DNA from: an uncultured Candidatus Saccharibacteria bacterium
GTDB lineage: Bacteria > Patescibacteriota > Saccharimonadia > Saccharimonadales > Saccharimonadaceae
Assembly (NCBI GenBank): GCA_963549285.1
Contig: CAUUYF010000001.1
Coordinates: forward strand, 25,683 to 89,682
DNA length: 64,000 nucleotides
Reading direction: 5' to 3'
Position 1 is the first letter of the stretch, and each line of letters opens with the position of its first letter. This document shows positions 37,253 to 45,856 of the stretch, one piece after another. A model generated the notes under the pieces. It was not told the DNA's origin. It was given only the letters and a program-made list of their open reading frames with translations, and made no database searches. The translations under genes were made by a program, and so were the position numbers.

Positions 37253-37449
37253 CAACTAATGTACTAGTTTTTGGTCGTTCCTGAGATACTATCTAGCTCC
37301 CGGTGCAGCCTCGCAGCTCTGCGCTGGGAGCTAGGAAAGTGTGGTGATCATCGCTCAAGCGACTAACCTAGATACTTTCAAAGTAAATGTGGAACTGTGC
37401 TAGGCGAGATGAGCGCTGGCTCTTCGCCTTTGAACTCTTGTTCATAAGC
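37208..37449 (-). ncRNA. candidate small RNA (about 240 nt) between promoter and terminator
   Basis: Minus-strand TTGACA-17-TATAGT (37456-37484) and the terminator at 37206-37252. Strong internal hairpin CTAGCTCCC...GGGAGCTAG. Only a 26-codon ORF without RBS. Confidence 0.4.
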
Positions 37450-37455
37450 ATTGTT

Positions 37456-37484
37456 ACTATACCCTAGCCGTCACTGTATGTCAA
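37456..37484 (-). promoter_or_regulatory. consensus-like sigma-70 promoter (minus strand)
   Basis: TTGACA, a 17-nt spacer, then TATAGT on the reverse complement. Confidence 0.6.
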
Positions 37485-37653
37485 TGGTGGACGATGGTGG
37501 TGAATATATCATAGGGTGCATAATGACGACCGAATAAGCCATAATAATTTGTGGAAAAGGCAGGAATAACGGGTAGTATCAGTAGTGAGAGATGATGGGG
37601 TTGCTGAAGGGAAGCTGCAATTTTCTGTGGAAAAGTCTGGGGTAAATAGGCGC

Positions 37654-37680
37654 AAAAAAGCCACTACCTGAGGTAGTGGC
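37654..37680 (-). terminator. terminator after tRNA-Val (minus strand)
   Basis: GCCACTACC-tca-GGTAGTGGC followed by TTTTTT on the minus strand. Confidence 0.75.
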
Positions 37681-37688
37681 GATAATGC

Positions 37689-37765
37689 TGGTGGGTCGAA
37701 AGAGGCTCGAACTCCTGACCTCATCCACGTCAAGGATGCGCTCTAGCCAACTGAGCTACCGACCC
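37689..37765 (-). tRNA. tRNA-Val (anticodon GAC), CCA encoded
   Basis: Reverse complement GGGTCGGTAGCTCAGTTGGCTAGAGCGCATCCTTGACGTGGATG..., anticodon loop TTGACGT. Confidence 0.9.
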
Positions 37766-37815
37766 ATATGGCATTCATACTAGCAAATCAGCCAGCTATA
37801 TGCAAAAGTTCGGGG

Positions 37816-37824
37816 TGCTATAAT
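37816..37824 (+). promoter_or_regulatory. extended -10 (TGCTATAAT) for thrS
   Basis: Ends 7 nt before ATG 37832, and no SD sequence fits in between. Confidence 0.55.
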
Positions 37825-37831
37825 ACATAGC

Positions 37832-39664
37832 ATGAGTGAGATAGATATTACTAGTGTCAGGCACAGCCTGGCGCACGTCTTAGCGGCCGCCACCCGTCGC
37901 CTCTATGGCGACAGCGTCAAGCTTGGTGTCGGTCCGGCCATCGAAAACGGCTTCTACTATGACATGGACCTGGGTGAGACCCATCTGACTGATGACGACC
38001 TGCCTAAGATTGAGGCGGAGATGCGCCGGATCATAGCAGAGAAGCAACCCTTCGAGCGTAGCACCAAGACTATTGCCGAGGCGGAGAAATGGGCACAAGA
38101 GAACGATCAAATCTACAAGCTGGAGCTGATCCGGGATTTTCAGCATCACGGTACTACCAAGGCGGGCGCCAAGGGCAAAGAGCAGCCGGCTAGTAGCGAG
38201 ATGTCTTTCTATACCAATGGCGACTTTACTGACTTGTGTATGGGTGGACACGTGGCAAATACAGGTGATATCCCGGCTGATGGCTTTCACCTGACTAAGA
38301 TTGCCGGAGCATATTTCCGAGGCGATGAAACCAAGCCGATGATGCAGCGGGTCTACGGCGTCGCTTTCGCCACTAAGGCCGAGCTTGACGACTATCTGGC
38401 TCGTCAAGCCGAAGCGAAGTCCCGAGATCACCGCAAGTTGGGGCGAGAGCTGGATCTCTACGTCACCAGCGACCTAGTCGGAGCGGGGTTACCGATGTTT
38501 ACTCCCCGAGGCACAGTGCTGAGAGATGAGATTGCCCGGCTATCGACCGAGATCAGAGCGGGCATTGGCTTTGAGAAGGTTTGGACCCCTCACATGACTA
38601 AAAAAGATCTCTACGTCAAATCAGGTCACTGGGCGAAGTTTGGCGGCGAGCTGTTCTTGGTCAAGTCGCAAGAGACCAGTGACCAATTCGTTCTTAAGCC
38701 GATGAATTGTCCTCATCACGGACAAATCTATGCCTCTAGGGTGCGGAGCTATCGGGATCTACCGCAGCGCTATATGGAGGTCACCACTGATTACCGAGAT
38801 GAAAAGTCAGGCGAGCTGGGCGGGCTAGCTCGGGTGCGAGCCCTGACTCAGGATGATTCGCACGACTTTGTCCGCCCCGACCAGATAGAAGGCGAGATTG
38901 CCAACTTGCTATCGGCGGTCAAGGTGATCTATGAACTATTCGATATGAAGCTCCGGGTGCGCCTGAGCTATCGGGATGACTCTGATGCTTATCTGGGCGA
39001 CCGGGCGCTCTGGGACTCAGCACAAAAGCAGCTCAAGCAAGCTGTCTTGCGTCTGGGTGATGTCGAGTATTACGAGCAAGATGGCGAGGCCGCCTTCTAC
39101 GGTCCGAAGATTGATTTCATGGCGACCGATGCCTTGGGGCGGGAACATCAGCTGGCGACCGCTCAGCTGGATTTCGTCCAGCCGGAGCGCTTTGAGCTGG
39201 AGTATATCGACCAAGCCGGTCAGCCTCAGCGACCGGTGATGATCCACTGCGCCTTGCTCGGTTCGCTGGAGCGGTTTCTGTCAGTCTATATTGAGCATAC
39301 CGCCGGTAAGTTTCCTGTCTGGGTGGCGCCGGAGCAGTTACGGATTATCAAGGTCAAGGATGCACCGGCGGTGGACGATATGGTTGACCGACTGGTCAAG
39401 CAAGCGCAGCTTCATCGGATTCGCTATACGGTGGATGATAGCAACGGCTCGATCGGTAAGAAGATTCGCTCGGCAGAGCTATATAAGGTGCCTTACACGG
39501 TGGTAATTGGTGACCGAGAGGCGGAGTCAGGGCGAATCGGTGTTCGCATCCGCAAGGATCTGGTTGGTGAGGCGACTGACGAGGCGAAGCAGTTCGCCCC
39601 CGATGAGCTGGCGGAAGCGATCGAACAAGAGCATGACCAGCGAGCTAAGCTGTCGACACTGTAG
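37832..39664 (+). CDS. thrS: threonyl-tRNA synthetase (no N-terminal TGS domain)
   Basis: Begins at the editing/SAD domain (HSLAHVLAAA...GPAIENGFYYD). Class II motifs (FVLKPMNCPHH, RVRALTQDDSHDF, FYGPKIDF) and an anticodon-binding domain. Confidence 0.93.
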   Translation: MSEIDITSVRHSLAHVLAAATRRLYGDSVKLGVGPAIENGFYYDMDLGETHLTDDDLPKIEAEMRRIIAEKQPFERSTKTIAEAEKWAQENDQIYKLELIRDFQHHGTTKAGAKGKEQPASSEMSFYTNGDFTDLCMGGHVANTGDIPADGFHLTKIAGAYFRGDETKPMMQRVYGVAFATKAELDDYLARQAEAKSRDHRKLGRELDLYVTSDLVGAGLPMFTPRGTVLRDEIARLSTEIRAGIGFEKVWTPHMTKKDLYVKSGHWAKFGGELFLVKSQETSDQFVLKPMNCPHHGQIYASRVRSYRDLPQRYMEVTTDYRDEKSGELGGLARVRALTQDDSHDFVRPDQIEGEIANLLSAVKVIYELFDMKLRVRLSYRDDSDAYLGDRALWDSAQKQLKQAVLRLGDVEYYEQDGEAAFYGPKIDFMATDALGREHQLATAQLDFVQPERFELEYIDQAGQPQRPVMIHCALLGSLERFLSVYIEHTAGKFPVWVAPEQLRIIKVKDAPAVDDMVDRLVKQAQLHRIRYTVDDSNGSIGKKIRSAELYKVPYTVVIGDREAESGRIGVRIRKDLVGEATDEAKQFAPDELAEAIEQEHDQRAKLSTL

Positions 39665-39792
39665 CTGGTGCTGATGACTGACAGATACAGCACTGTGCTT
39701 GACGAATAGTCGGAAGCTTGTCATGATAGTGCGTATAGGTTGTACCGATGAATCGGTCATCGGTAACCTACGAGCCTGAGGAGGGCAGAAAG

Positions 39793-39960
39793 ATGAAGTT
39801 TTCAGAGCACGATAAGATGATTCTCTCCGGCAAGGTGGCTAAGCCCACCTTCCGGGGGAACGTCACCCCTATGAGAGGGGGTGGCAGGAAGAGTCATCGC
39901 AAGAACATCAAGCCTGGTTGGCTTGATGTTCGGGAGCAGCTCCGGCGGGGGGCTGCTTGA
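39793..39960 (+). CDS. small basic hypothetical protein (55 aa)
   Basis: GGAGG RBS 8 nt before ATG 39793, followed by hairpins and a terminator. No recognisable motif. Confidence 0.3.
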   Translation: MKFSEHDKMILSGKVAKPTFRGNVTPMRGGGRKSHRKNIKPGWLDVREQLRRGAA

Positions 39961-40014
39961 TGAGGTGGATGACGCCTAGTCGTCATCTCTGCCTCCAACT
40001 CAAACTTCATTTCC

Positions 40015-40047
40015 GGGGCTACCTTACGAGGTAGCCCCTTTCTCTTT
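40015..40047 (+). terminator. rho-independent terminator
   Basis: GGGGCTACC-ttacga-GGTAGCCCC followed by TTTCTCTTT. Confidence 0.7.
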
Positions 40048-40063
40048 CCTTTGCTTGATATTG

Positions 40064-43000
40064 TCAGCGCTGAGCAAAGATTGGTGCTAGGTGTACGCTC
40101 ATAAAGAGTGGCTCGCTACCGGTATTGGGTACGCCGGGTGCTTTGGGTGTAGTGGGTGCGCCGGGTACGGGTGACGGGTTTGGCTTGCCGTCATCCCACG
40201 GCGGTAGCTTGACGCAAGTAGATGGTATAGTGCCATCGACCGGCTGAATAGTCTCATACCTAGGGCCTCTGTTTTCGCCAATGATTCGATTGTAGGCGGC
40301 GCCACTCAGCCCGACACAGATAGTATCAGGCTGACTCTGTGGCACGAAGGCAAAGTCGTAGAAGGGGAGATCCTTAGGGTAGTCAGTATAGCCTGAATCA
40401 CCCCGGTACCTTGTCTCTACCTCGCCACTGAGGAGTTTAATCTTCTGCTTACCGCCGAGCAGAGTGCCGACGTCTATCGGGTCAACGCTCCTACCCACGA
40501 AGTACTGACTATGCCTATTGATATGCGTGTCAGTTATGGCGTAGATCGCTCCATCGGCACCACGGGCGACAGGGCCGAGAACATTAAAGAAGCTATCTAG
40601 GTGAGGCAATTTATCACTAGTTGATATCTTTGCCATATCGTGGATAGAGTCATTGCCTTCTCGGTAGCCGTAGTACCATAGACCACCCTGTCTGTCGATG
40701 GCATAATGACCGGCATAAGATAATTGCTTGAACCCGCCTCGTTTTTTAATCTCCGAGTTGGTGATCTCGCTGGTGGTACCGTCTTCCAGTACCCTCAGCA
40801 GCTTGTGATCGGAGGTCAGGGTGTAGTAACCTCCCTTATCCGGCTCGGGCTCTTCCGCTGTGGGTGTGCGATGCTTGATATGATCGACATCGAGGATGGT
40901 GACGCCACTGCTGAGCCGTGGCTTGATCCGATTTTTTGCCTCGTCGTGGTACTGGAGCTGGCTTGTGTCCAGATCGTAGTTCAGAGCAAAGATAGTGTCT
41001 TTGCTAAAGGCGAGGTAGTCACTCATGTTGTCAGGATGACTAGCTACATAGGAAGATAAACCGTTACCATTGCTGGGATCTATGCTTCTACCGAAGCCAA
41101 TGATGTGATGGGGTGACAACTCGCTCAGTGCGACCGGATGTATGATGGGTTTCTTGTCTTTATCAGATAGTCTGTGCCCCCAGTAGTACACTTTGCCGGA
41201 GCTGGTAATGGCTGCAAACGTATGGTAGTGATTTACTAGCTTGACAATCTTGTCGCCGTTAAAGAATCTAGTGATATCCTGGGGGTTACTGTAGTAGACG
41301 GGTGGCTTCTTATCAAGTGTCAAGCCGTAGTCGGTGTCGTTGCCAACCCCGCCTGCGATGTTATTACCCCAGGCATACAGCTTGCCGCTTTCGGTCAGCA
41401 CGACGGTCGTGCCGGCATAGTCTTGGTCTCGCCAGGTCTCCATGTTGCCCATTTTTACCTTACCGTAGTAGTCAAATGTGGCGGGTGAGTGAACCAGCTG
41501 GACGACTTTGTCATCTCTCAGCCCGGTATTGGGTACGCCGGGTGCTTTGGGTGTAGTGGGTACGCCGGGTGGCTGAGGCTGATTAGGAGAGGGCGTGGGT
41601 GCCGGTGGTTTAATTGGGTCGGGATTACCGGATGGTAGCTTGACGCAGGTCAGAGTGGCTTGCTTGCCGGGCTGTTGGCGTAGCTTACCCGTATTGGACG
41701 GAGGAAGCGCACCTAGCGACGGGGCATTATATCTAGATGCTCCGTCAATAGCGGTGCACACCAGATCTCGGTTATCTTCTTCGACGACGAATGAATAATC
41801 GTGGAGCAATTTATCGGCATATCCGGTGGCCTTGATAGTGTCGATATCGCCATGAAAGAGCCTGATTTCTTGTCGGCTGATGATGGTGGTCATGTCGATA
41901 GGTTTATACTTTAGGGTAAAACTATAGTTACTACCTTCTAGAAAGTAGATGTGGTTATCGGCACTGCGAACGACCAGAGGACGACTAAAGTGGTCCATAT
42001 CGGACTCACCATTGGAATTAACAAATTCTCGCAGAGCCGGTAGGACACCCTCAGCTACCTCTGTGGACATATCGACGATGTTACCACCGGGGTCTTCTTG
42101 AAGCTTATGACCATAAAACCACAACCCGCCCCGGTTATCGATGGCGTAATGGTGATGAATCTGCTTGATGCCACCTCGCTCAGCTATTTTAGAATTGGTA
42201 ATCTCGACGGCGGTACCGTCATATCCTACCTTAAAGAGCTTATTGTTTGAGGCAAGAACATAGATACCGCCCCTGTCGACTGATCCACCGACCCAGTGTT
42301 CTACAAAGTCGACTTGCCGAATGGCAGCTCCGTTTAGTTGAGGCTTAATAATCTCGGAAGCGTTGCCTCCGGAGTCATCATAATCAAGGGATGCATTATA
42401 AAAGATAGTATCGTCGCTATAGGCAAACCAGCCGTTAATATGACTCATATTTTCATGATCTACACCATCTGTTCCGCTATAGCCGGTAATGTGATAGGAG
42501 TCCAGTGCCCGGTACTTGGTTGGGTGATTGATAATTGCTTCGGGCTTGAGGTCATGGTGGTAGGCTGAGCCCCAGCGATATAGCTTACCTGACTCGGTAA
42601 TGGCTATGGCGAGACTGCCTTTGTTGGTTAGTCTAGCTATCCTATCCCCATTAAAGTACTTAGTTATTTCCTGGGGTGCATTATAGTAACAGGGTGGTCG
42701 TTTGGGTAATATATCCTTTCCTTCTGCATTCTTGACGTAGGTGCAGACAGCGCCATTACCTACTCCGCCGTACATATTGTTGCCCCAGGCGTAAACCTTG
42801 CCGTTCTGAAGCAGGGCGATAGTCGTACCGGCGTAGGCGTTATCGTTATCATTTCCATCCCCCCAGCTGAATCCATCATAAGGCTGGCCGGGAGCGGCTA
42901 GGTGCAGTATCCGGACGATGTGGTTGGCTGTGTTTCCGCCCGACGACTGACCGGACTGTCTGGTGGTGATGCAGGTAGCTATTGCCGGACCGGCTATTAG

Positions 43001-43099
43001 CAATGCACTAAGGATGGTCGAGACGACAACACTAAGAATTCGTTCCGAGTTACACCATAGTTTTCGGAGCTTGATTTGGTTAATCTGACTGATTTTCAT
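40064..43099 (-). CDS. two-module RCC1-repeat (beta-propeller) surface protein with sortase-like VPNTG sorting signal
   Basis: N-terminal TM/signal. GKVYAWGNNMYGGVGNG / GKLYAWGNNIAGGVGND RCC1-type repeats in two homologous halves. Each half ends with a Pro-rich stalk plus PKAPGVPNTG. The C-terminus is VPNTGSEPLFMSVHLAPIFAQR. Confidence 0.75.
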   Translation of the reverse strand: MKISQINQIKLRKLWCNSERILSVVVSTILSALLIAGPAIATCITTRQSGQSSGGNTANHIVRILHLAAPGQPYDGFSWGDGNDNDNAYAGTTIALLQNGKVYAWGNNMYGGVGNGAVCTYVKNAEGKDILPKRPPCYYNAPQEITKYFNGDRIARLTNKGSLAIAITESGKLYRWGSAYHHDLKPEAIINHPTKYRALDSYHITGYSGTDGVDHENMSHINGWFAYSDDTIFYNASLDYDDSGGNASEIIKPQLNGAAIRQVDFVEHWVGGSVDRGGIYVLASNNKLFKVGYDGTAVEITNSKIAERGGIKQIHHHYAIDNRGGLWFYGHKLQEDPGGNIVDMSTEVAEGVLPALREFVNSNGESDMDHFSRPLVVRSADNHIYFLEGSNYSFTLKYKPIDMTTIISRQEIRLFHGDIDTIKATGYADKLLHDYSFVVEEDNRDLVCTAIDGASRYNAPSLGALPPSNTGKLRQQPGKQATLTCVKLPSGNPDPIKPPAPTPSPNQPQPPGVPTTPKAPGVPNTGLRDDKVVQLVHSPATFDYYGKVKMGNMETWRDQDYAGTTVVLTESGKLYAWGNNIAGGVGNDTDYGLTLDKKPPVYYSNPQDITRFFNGDKIVKLVNHYHTFAAITSSGKVYYWGHRLSDKDKKPIIHPVALSELSPHHIIGFGRSIDPSNGNGLSSYVASHPDNMSDYLAFSKDTIFALNYDLDTSQLQYHDEAKNRIKPRLSSGVTILDVDHIKHRTPTAEEPEPDKGGYYTLTSDHKLLRVLEDGTTSEITNSEIKKRGGFKQLSYAGHYAIDRQGGLWYYGYREGNDSIHDMAKISTSDKLPHLDSFFNVLGPVARGADGAIYAITDTHINRHSQYFVGRSVDPIDVGTLLGGKQKIKLLSGEVETRYRGDSGYTDYPKDLPFYDFAFVPQSQPDTICVGLSGAAYNRIIGENRGPRYETIQPVDGTIPSTCVKLPPWDDGKPNPSPVPGAPTTPKAPGVPNTGSEPLFMSVHLAPIFAQR

Positions 43100-43249
43100 T
43101 ATTTACCCCCGCCTATTTTTATTTTTGGTTTAGCCAATAACCTTATGCTAACAATATATCAGGCGATTAGGCGGGATGCAATATGCCGGCGGGCGATATT
43201 CTTGCTCTTATCTCATAAATAATGCCACCAATTTGTTACCATGTAAGAC

Positions 43250-44173
43250 ATGGAGTTACCACTGATCGTTATCTTGGGCCCGACTGCTAGCGGCAAGACT
43301 GCTTATGCTATTCGGCTAGCTCGGCTGATAGGTGGCGAGGTGATCTGCGCTGATAGTCGGACGGTTTACCGAGGGATGGATATCGGTACGGCGAAGCCGA
43401 CTGAGCCGGAGCGGGCAGGTGTGTTACATTGGGGTCTGGACCTGATCGAGCCGGATCAGCGCTACAGCCTATATGACTTCCAGCGGTATGCCACGACTAA
43501 GATCGCCGAGATTCGTCAGCGTCAACACGTGCCGCTGCTGGTGGGCGGTTCGGGGCTATACATCAATAGCGTTATCTATAATTATCAGCTGGTCGGTGAC
43601 GACCATGACCCGGCTACGAGAGCCGAACTGGAGAAACTGTCGCCCGATGAGCTACGTCGGCTGATAGTCAAGCGAGGAGTTAAGCTACCCCGAGACCTTG
43701 ATAACAAGCGACGACTAATCCGCAGTCTGGAGACGGGCGGGGTGAGCAATAATTGTGGGTATCTAAGTAGGCAGACTGTAGTGATCGGTATAGCGGTGGA
43801 TAAAGAAAAATTATCTCAGCGCATCAGCGGGCGAGCCGAGCAGATGCTGGAGCGAGGCTTGATCGATGAGGTGGAGCGGCTGATAGCCCACTATGGTATG
43901 GTCGAGCCGCTGCGACGTAATGCCTATGGTGTGGTAGCTAAATACTTGGCAGGGCAAATCTACGAGGCTGAGCTGATAGAACAGATCAGCGCCAAAGACC
44001 GTCAGCTGGTTAAAAAACAGCTGACTTGGTGGCGCAACCCTCGCTGGGCAAGTGATATCATGTGGCGTACTTTACCGGAGCTGACTAATCAGCTGAACAA
44101 CCCGAGCGGTGCGCCTGCCGGTCAGATTACCGGCGAGCTAATGTCTGAGTACAAAAGTTTTTGCCTTAGCTAG
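43250..44173 (+). CDS. miaA: tRNA dimethylallyltransferase
   Basis: LIVILGPTASGKTAYAIRLA P-loop, DSRTVYRGMDIGTAKP, LVGGSGLY. Confidence 0.9.
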   Translation: MELPLIVILGPTASGKTAYAIRLARLIGGEVICADSRTVYRGMDIGTAKPTEPERAGVLHWGLDLIEPDQRYSLYDFQRYATTKIAEIRQRQHVPLLVGGSGLYINSVIYNYQLVGDDHDPATRAELEKLSPDELRRLIVKRGVKLPRDLDNKRRLIRSLETGGVSNNCGYLSRQTVVIGIAVDKEKLSQRISGRAEQMLERGLIDEVERLIAHYGMVEPLRRNAYGVVAKYLAGQIYEAELIEQISAKDRQLVKKQLTWWRNPRWASDIMWRTLPELTNQLNNPSGAPAGQITGELMSEYKSFCLS

Positions 44174-44195
44174 CCGAGGTGTTAAAATAGCCTTG

Positions 44196-44837
44196 ATGAT
44201 AGATGCACTATTTGGCTCAAAGACTCGGGTGAAGCTTCTCGGTTTGTTTATGAATAATCCGCATCGCTCGTTTTACGTCAGAGAGATTACTCGCAATATT
44301 AACGAGCAGATCAATAGCGTGCGTCGAGAGCTGGCTAACCTGGTGCGGATTGGCATCATCACTGATCGGTCGGTCGACAACAGACTGTATTATCAGGCGG
44401 ACACCAAGTTTCGCTACTTCGCTTCACTTAAAGACATGTTTGCCAACGACCAAGCTATGGTTAGTGGCGCCAGGGTCTCGACCGGCGATTGGGCGACCCG
44501 CTTCCGAGCGATCAAGGGGGTGAGCGAGGTGGTCTTCTCGGGCGTGATGGTCTACGAGTCAGATAGTAAGATTGACCTGGTAGTAGCGGGTAACCAGCTG
44601 GATGAAACTAAGGTCAAGAGCTTGATCAAGGTGCTGGAGCGAGAGACGGGTTCGTCGCTTAATTACACCATCATGAGTCTGGATGACCTGGACTACCGAC
44701 TAAGCATCCGTGACAAGTTCGTCCTAAATGTGCTAGAATCAAAGCATATTACGGTGCTGGACGACGCCGGCATACTGGTGGATTATCCTGGCGTCAATGA
44801 TCAGGCTGAGGCGAGGAGGAGTAAACATGGAGATTGA
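44196..44837 (+). CDS. winged-helix (ArsR-like) N-terminal domain protein, function unknown
   Basis: SKTRVKLLGLFMNNPHRSFYVREITRNINEQINSVRRELANLVRIGII fits a wHTH. The C-terminal domain is unassigned. Confidence 0.45.
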   Translation: MIDALFGSKTRVKLLGLFMNNPHRSFYVREITRNINEQINSVRRELANLVRIGIITDRSVDNRLYYQADTKFRYFASLKDMFANDQAMVSGARVSTGDWATRFRAIKGVSEVVFSGVMVYESDSKIDLVVAGNQLDETKVKSLIKVLERETGSSLNYTIMSLDDLDYRLSIRDKFVLNVLESKHITVLDDAGILVDYPGVNDQAEARRSKHGD

Positions 44838-45465
44838 TTATAGGGGCGCTAACTGTGTGGTGATCAAGGATAAGAACGCCTTGATCGTCGTTGACCCGAC
44901 GGCTAACGCTCAGGCTAAGGAAGCCCAGAACCCCGAAGCGGTAATACTGGTGACTCAGCCCGCTTTTGCTCCTGCTGAGGGAGAAGCCAGGGGCTTCGTT
45001 ATTGATATGCCGGGTGAGTATGAGCATCGTGACGTCAGCGTGCGAGGCATCGCCGTACCGGCGCACTTAGCCGAAGACGAGCATGCTCAAGATGCGGTAA
45101 TGTACCGGATCGAGACCATGGGCGTGGCGATCGCCATCATTGGTCATACGGTTGCGCCTCTAACGGATGACGATCTGGAGATGCTCGGTCAGATAGATAT
45201 CGCCGTTGTCCCGGTCGGAGGCGGTGGCTACACCCTTGACGCTCAAGATGCCGCTACGATCGTTCGCCAGATCAGCCCCAGCGTAGTCATCCCGACCCAC
45301 TACGATGACGGTCAGACTAAGTATGAAGTGCCACAAGAGAGCCTGGCTGCTCTGGAGAAAGAGATGGGCAATAGCAATATCGAGAAGCAAACCGTCTACA
45401 AGCTAAAGACAGGGGCGAGCCTGCCTGCCAATATGACCACCTATGAGCTTAGTCGGACTAAGTAG
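44827..45465 (+). CDS. MBL-fold metal-dependent hydrolase-like protein
   Basis: GAGGAGGAG RBS. Beta-lactamase-fold-like pattern (VVIKDKNALIVVDP ... IAIIGHT ... AVVPVGGGGYTLD ... VIPTHYD). Confidence 0.6.
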   Translation: MEIDYRGANCVVIKDKNALIVVDPTANAQAKEAQNPEAVILVTQPAFAPAEGEARGFVIDMPGEYEHRDVSVRGIAVPAHLAEDEHAQDAVMYRIETMGVAIAIIGHTVAPLTDDDLEMLGQIDIAVVPVGGGGYTLDAQDAATIVRQISPSVVIPTHYDDGQTKYEVPQESLAALEKEMGNSNIEKQTVYKLKTGASLPANMTTYELSRTK

Positions 45466-45525
45466 CGGGTGCTGCGGTAAGAAGATCGCTCTCTACTACC
45501 GTAGAGTGTAGTTAGTATGACAATA

Positions 45526-45556
45526 ATAGCCTCTCACCGGGAGAGGCTATTTCTCT
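45526..45556. terminator. bidirectional terminator between the MBL-fold gene and rpmB
   Basis: ATAGCCTCTC-accgg-GAGAGGCTAT with T-rich tracts on both strands. Confidence 0.7.
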
Positions 45557-45575
45557 GATCTTGTCGGGCTACCGG

Positions 45576-45791
45576 CTATTTCTTGCCGGTTTCTTCCGGC
45601 TGAGTGGCGAACCCCTTCTTCTTAAGTGTCTTGATAGTACTGGTCGCCACCAGCAGACGCACCTTCTGACCGTTCACATAGAAAGTCTTACGTTGTAAAT
45701 TCGGCTTAAACTTACGCTTGGTATGACGCATTGAGAAGCTGACATTATTGCCACTCATGGCGTGTTTACCGGTAATCTGGTCCTTTGCCAT
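45576..45791 (-). CDS. rpmB: 50S ribosomal protein L28
   Basis: ITGKHAMSGNNVSFSMRHTKRKFKPNLQRK is canonical L28. AAGGAG RBS and a TTGACT-18-TATACT promoter on the minus strand. Confidence 0.92.
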   Translation of the reverse strand: MAKDQITGKHAMSGNNVSFSMRHTKRKFKPNLQRKTFYVNGQKVRLLVATSTIKTLKKKGFATQPEETGKK

Positions 45792-45856
45792 AGTTAAATC
45801 TCCTTGTTTTACTTGACTAAAGTATACAAGGTTGTATAGCGAGCAGTCAAGATGTA

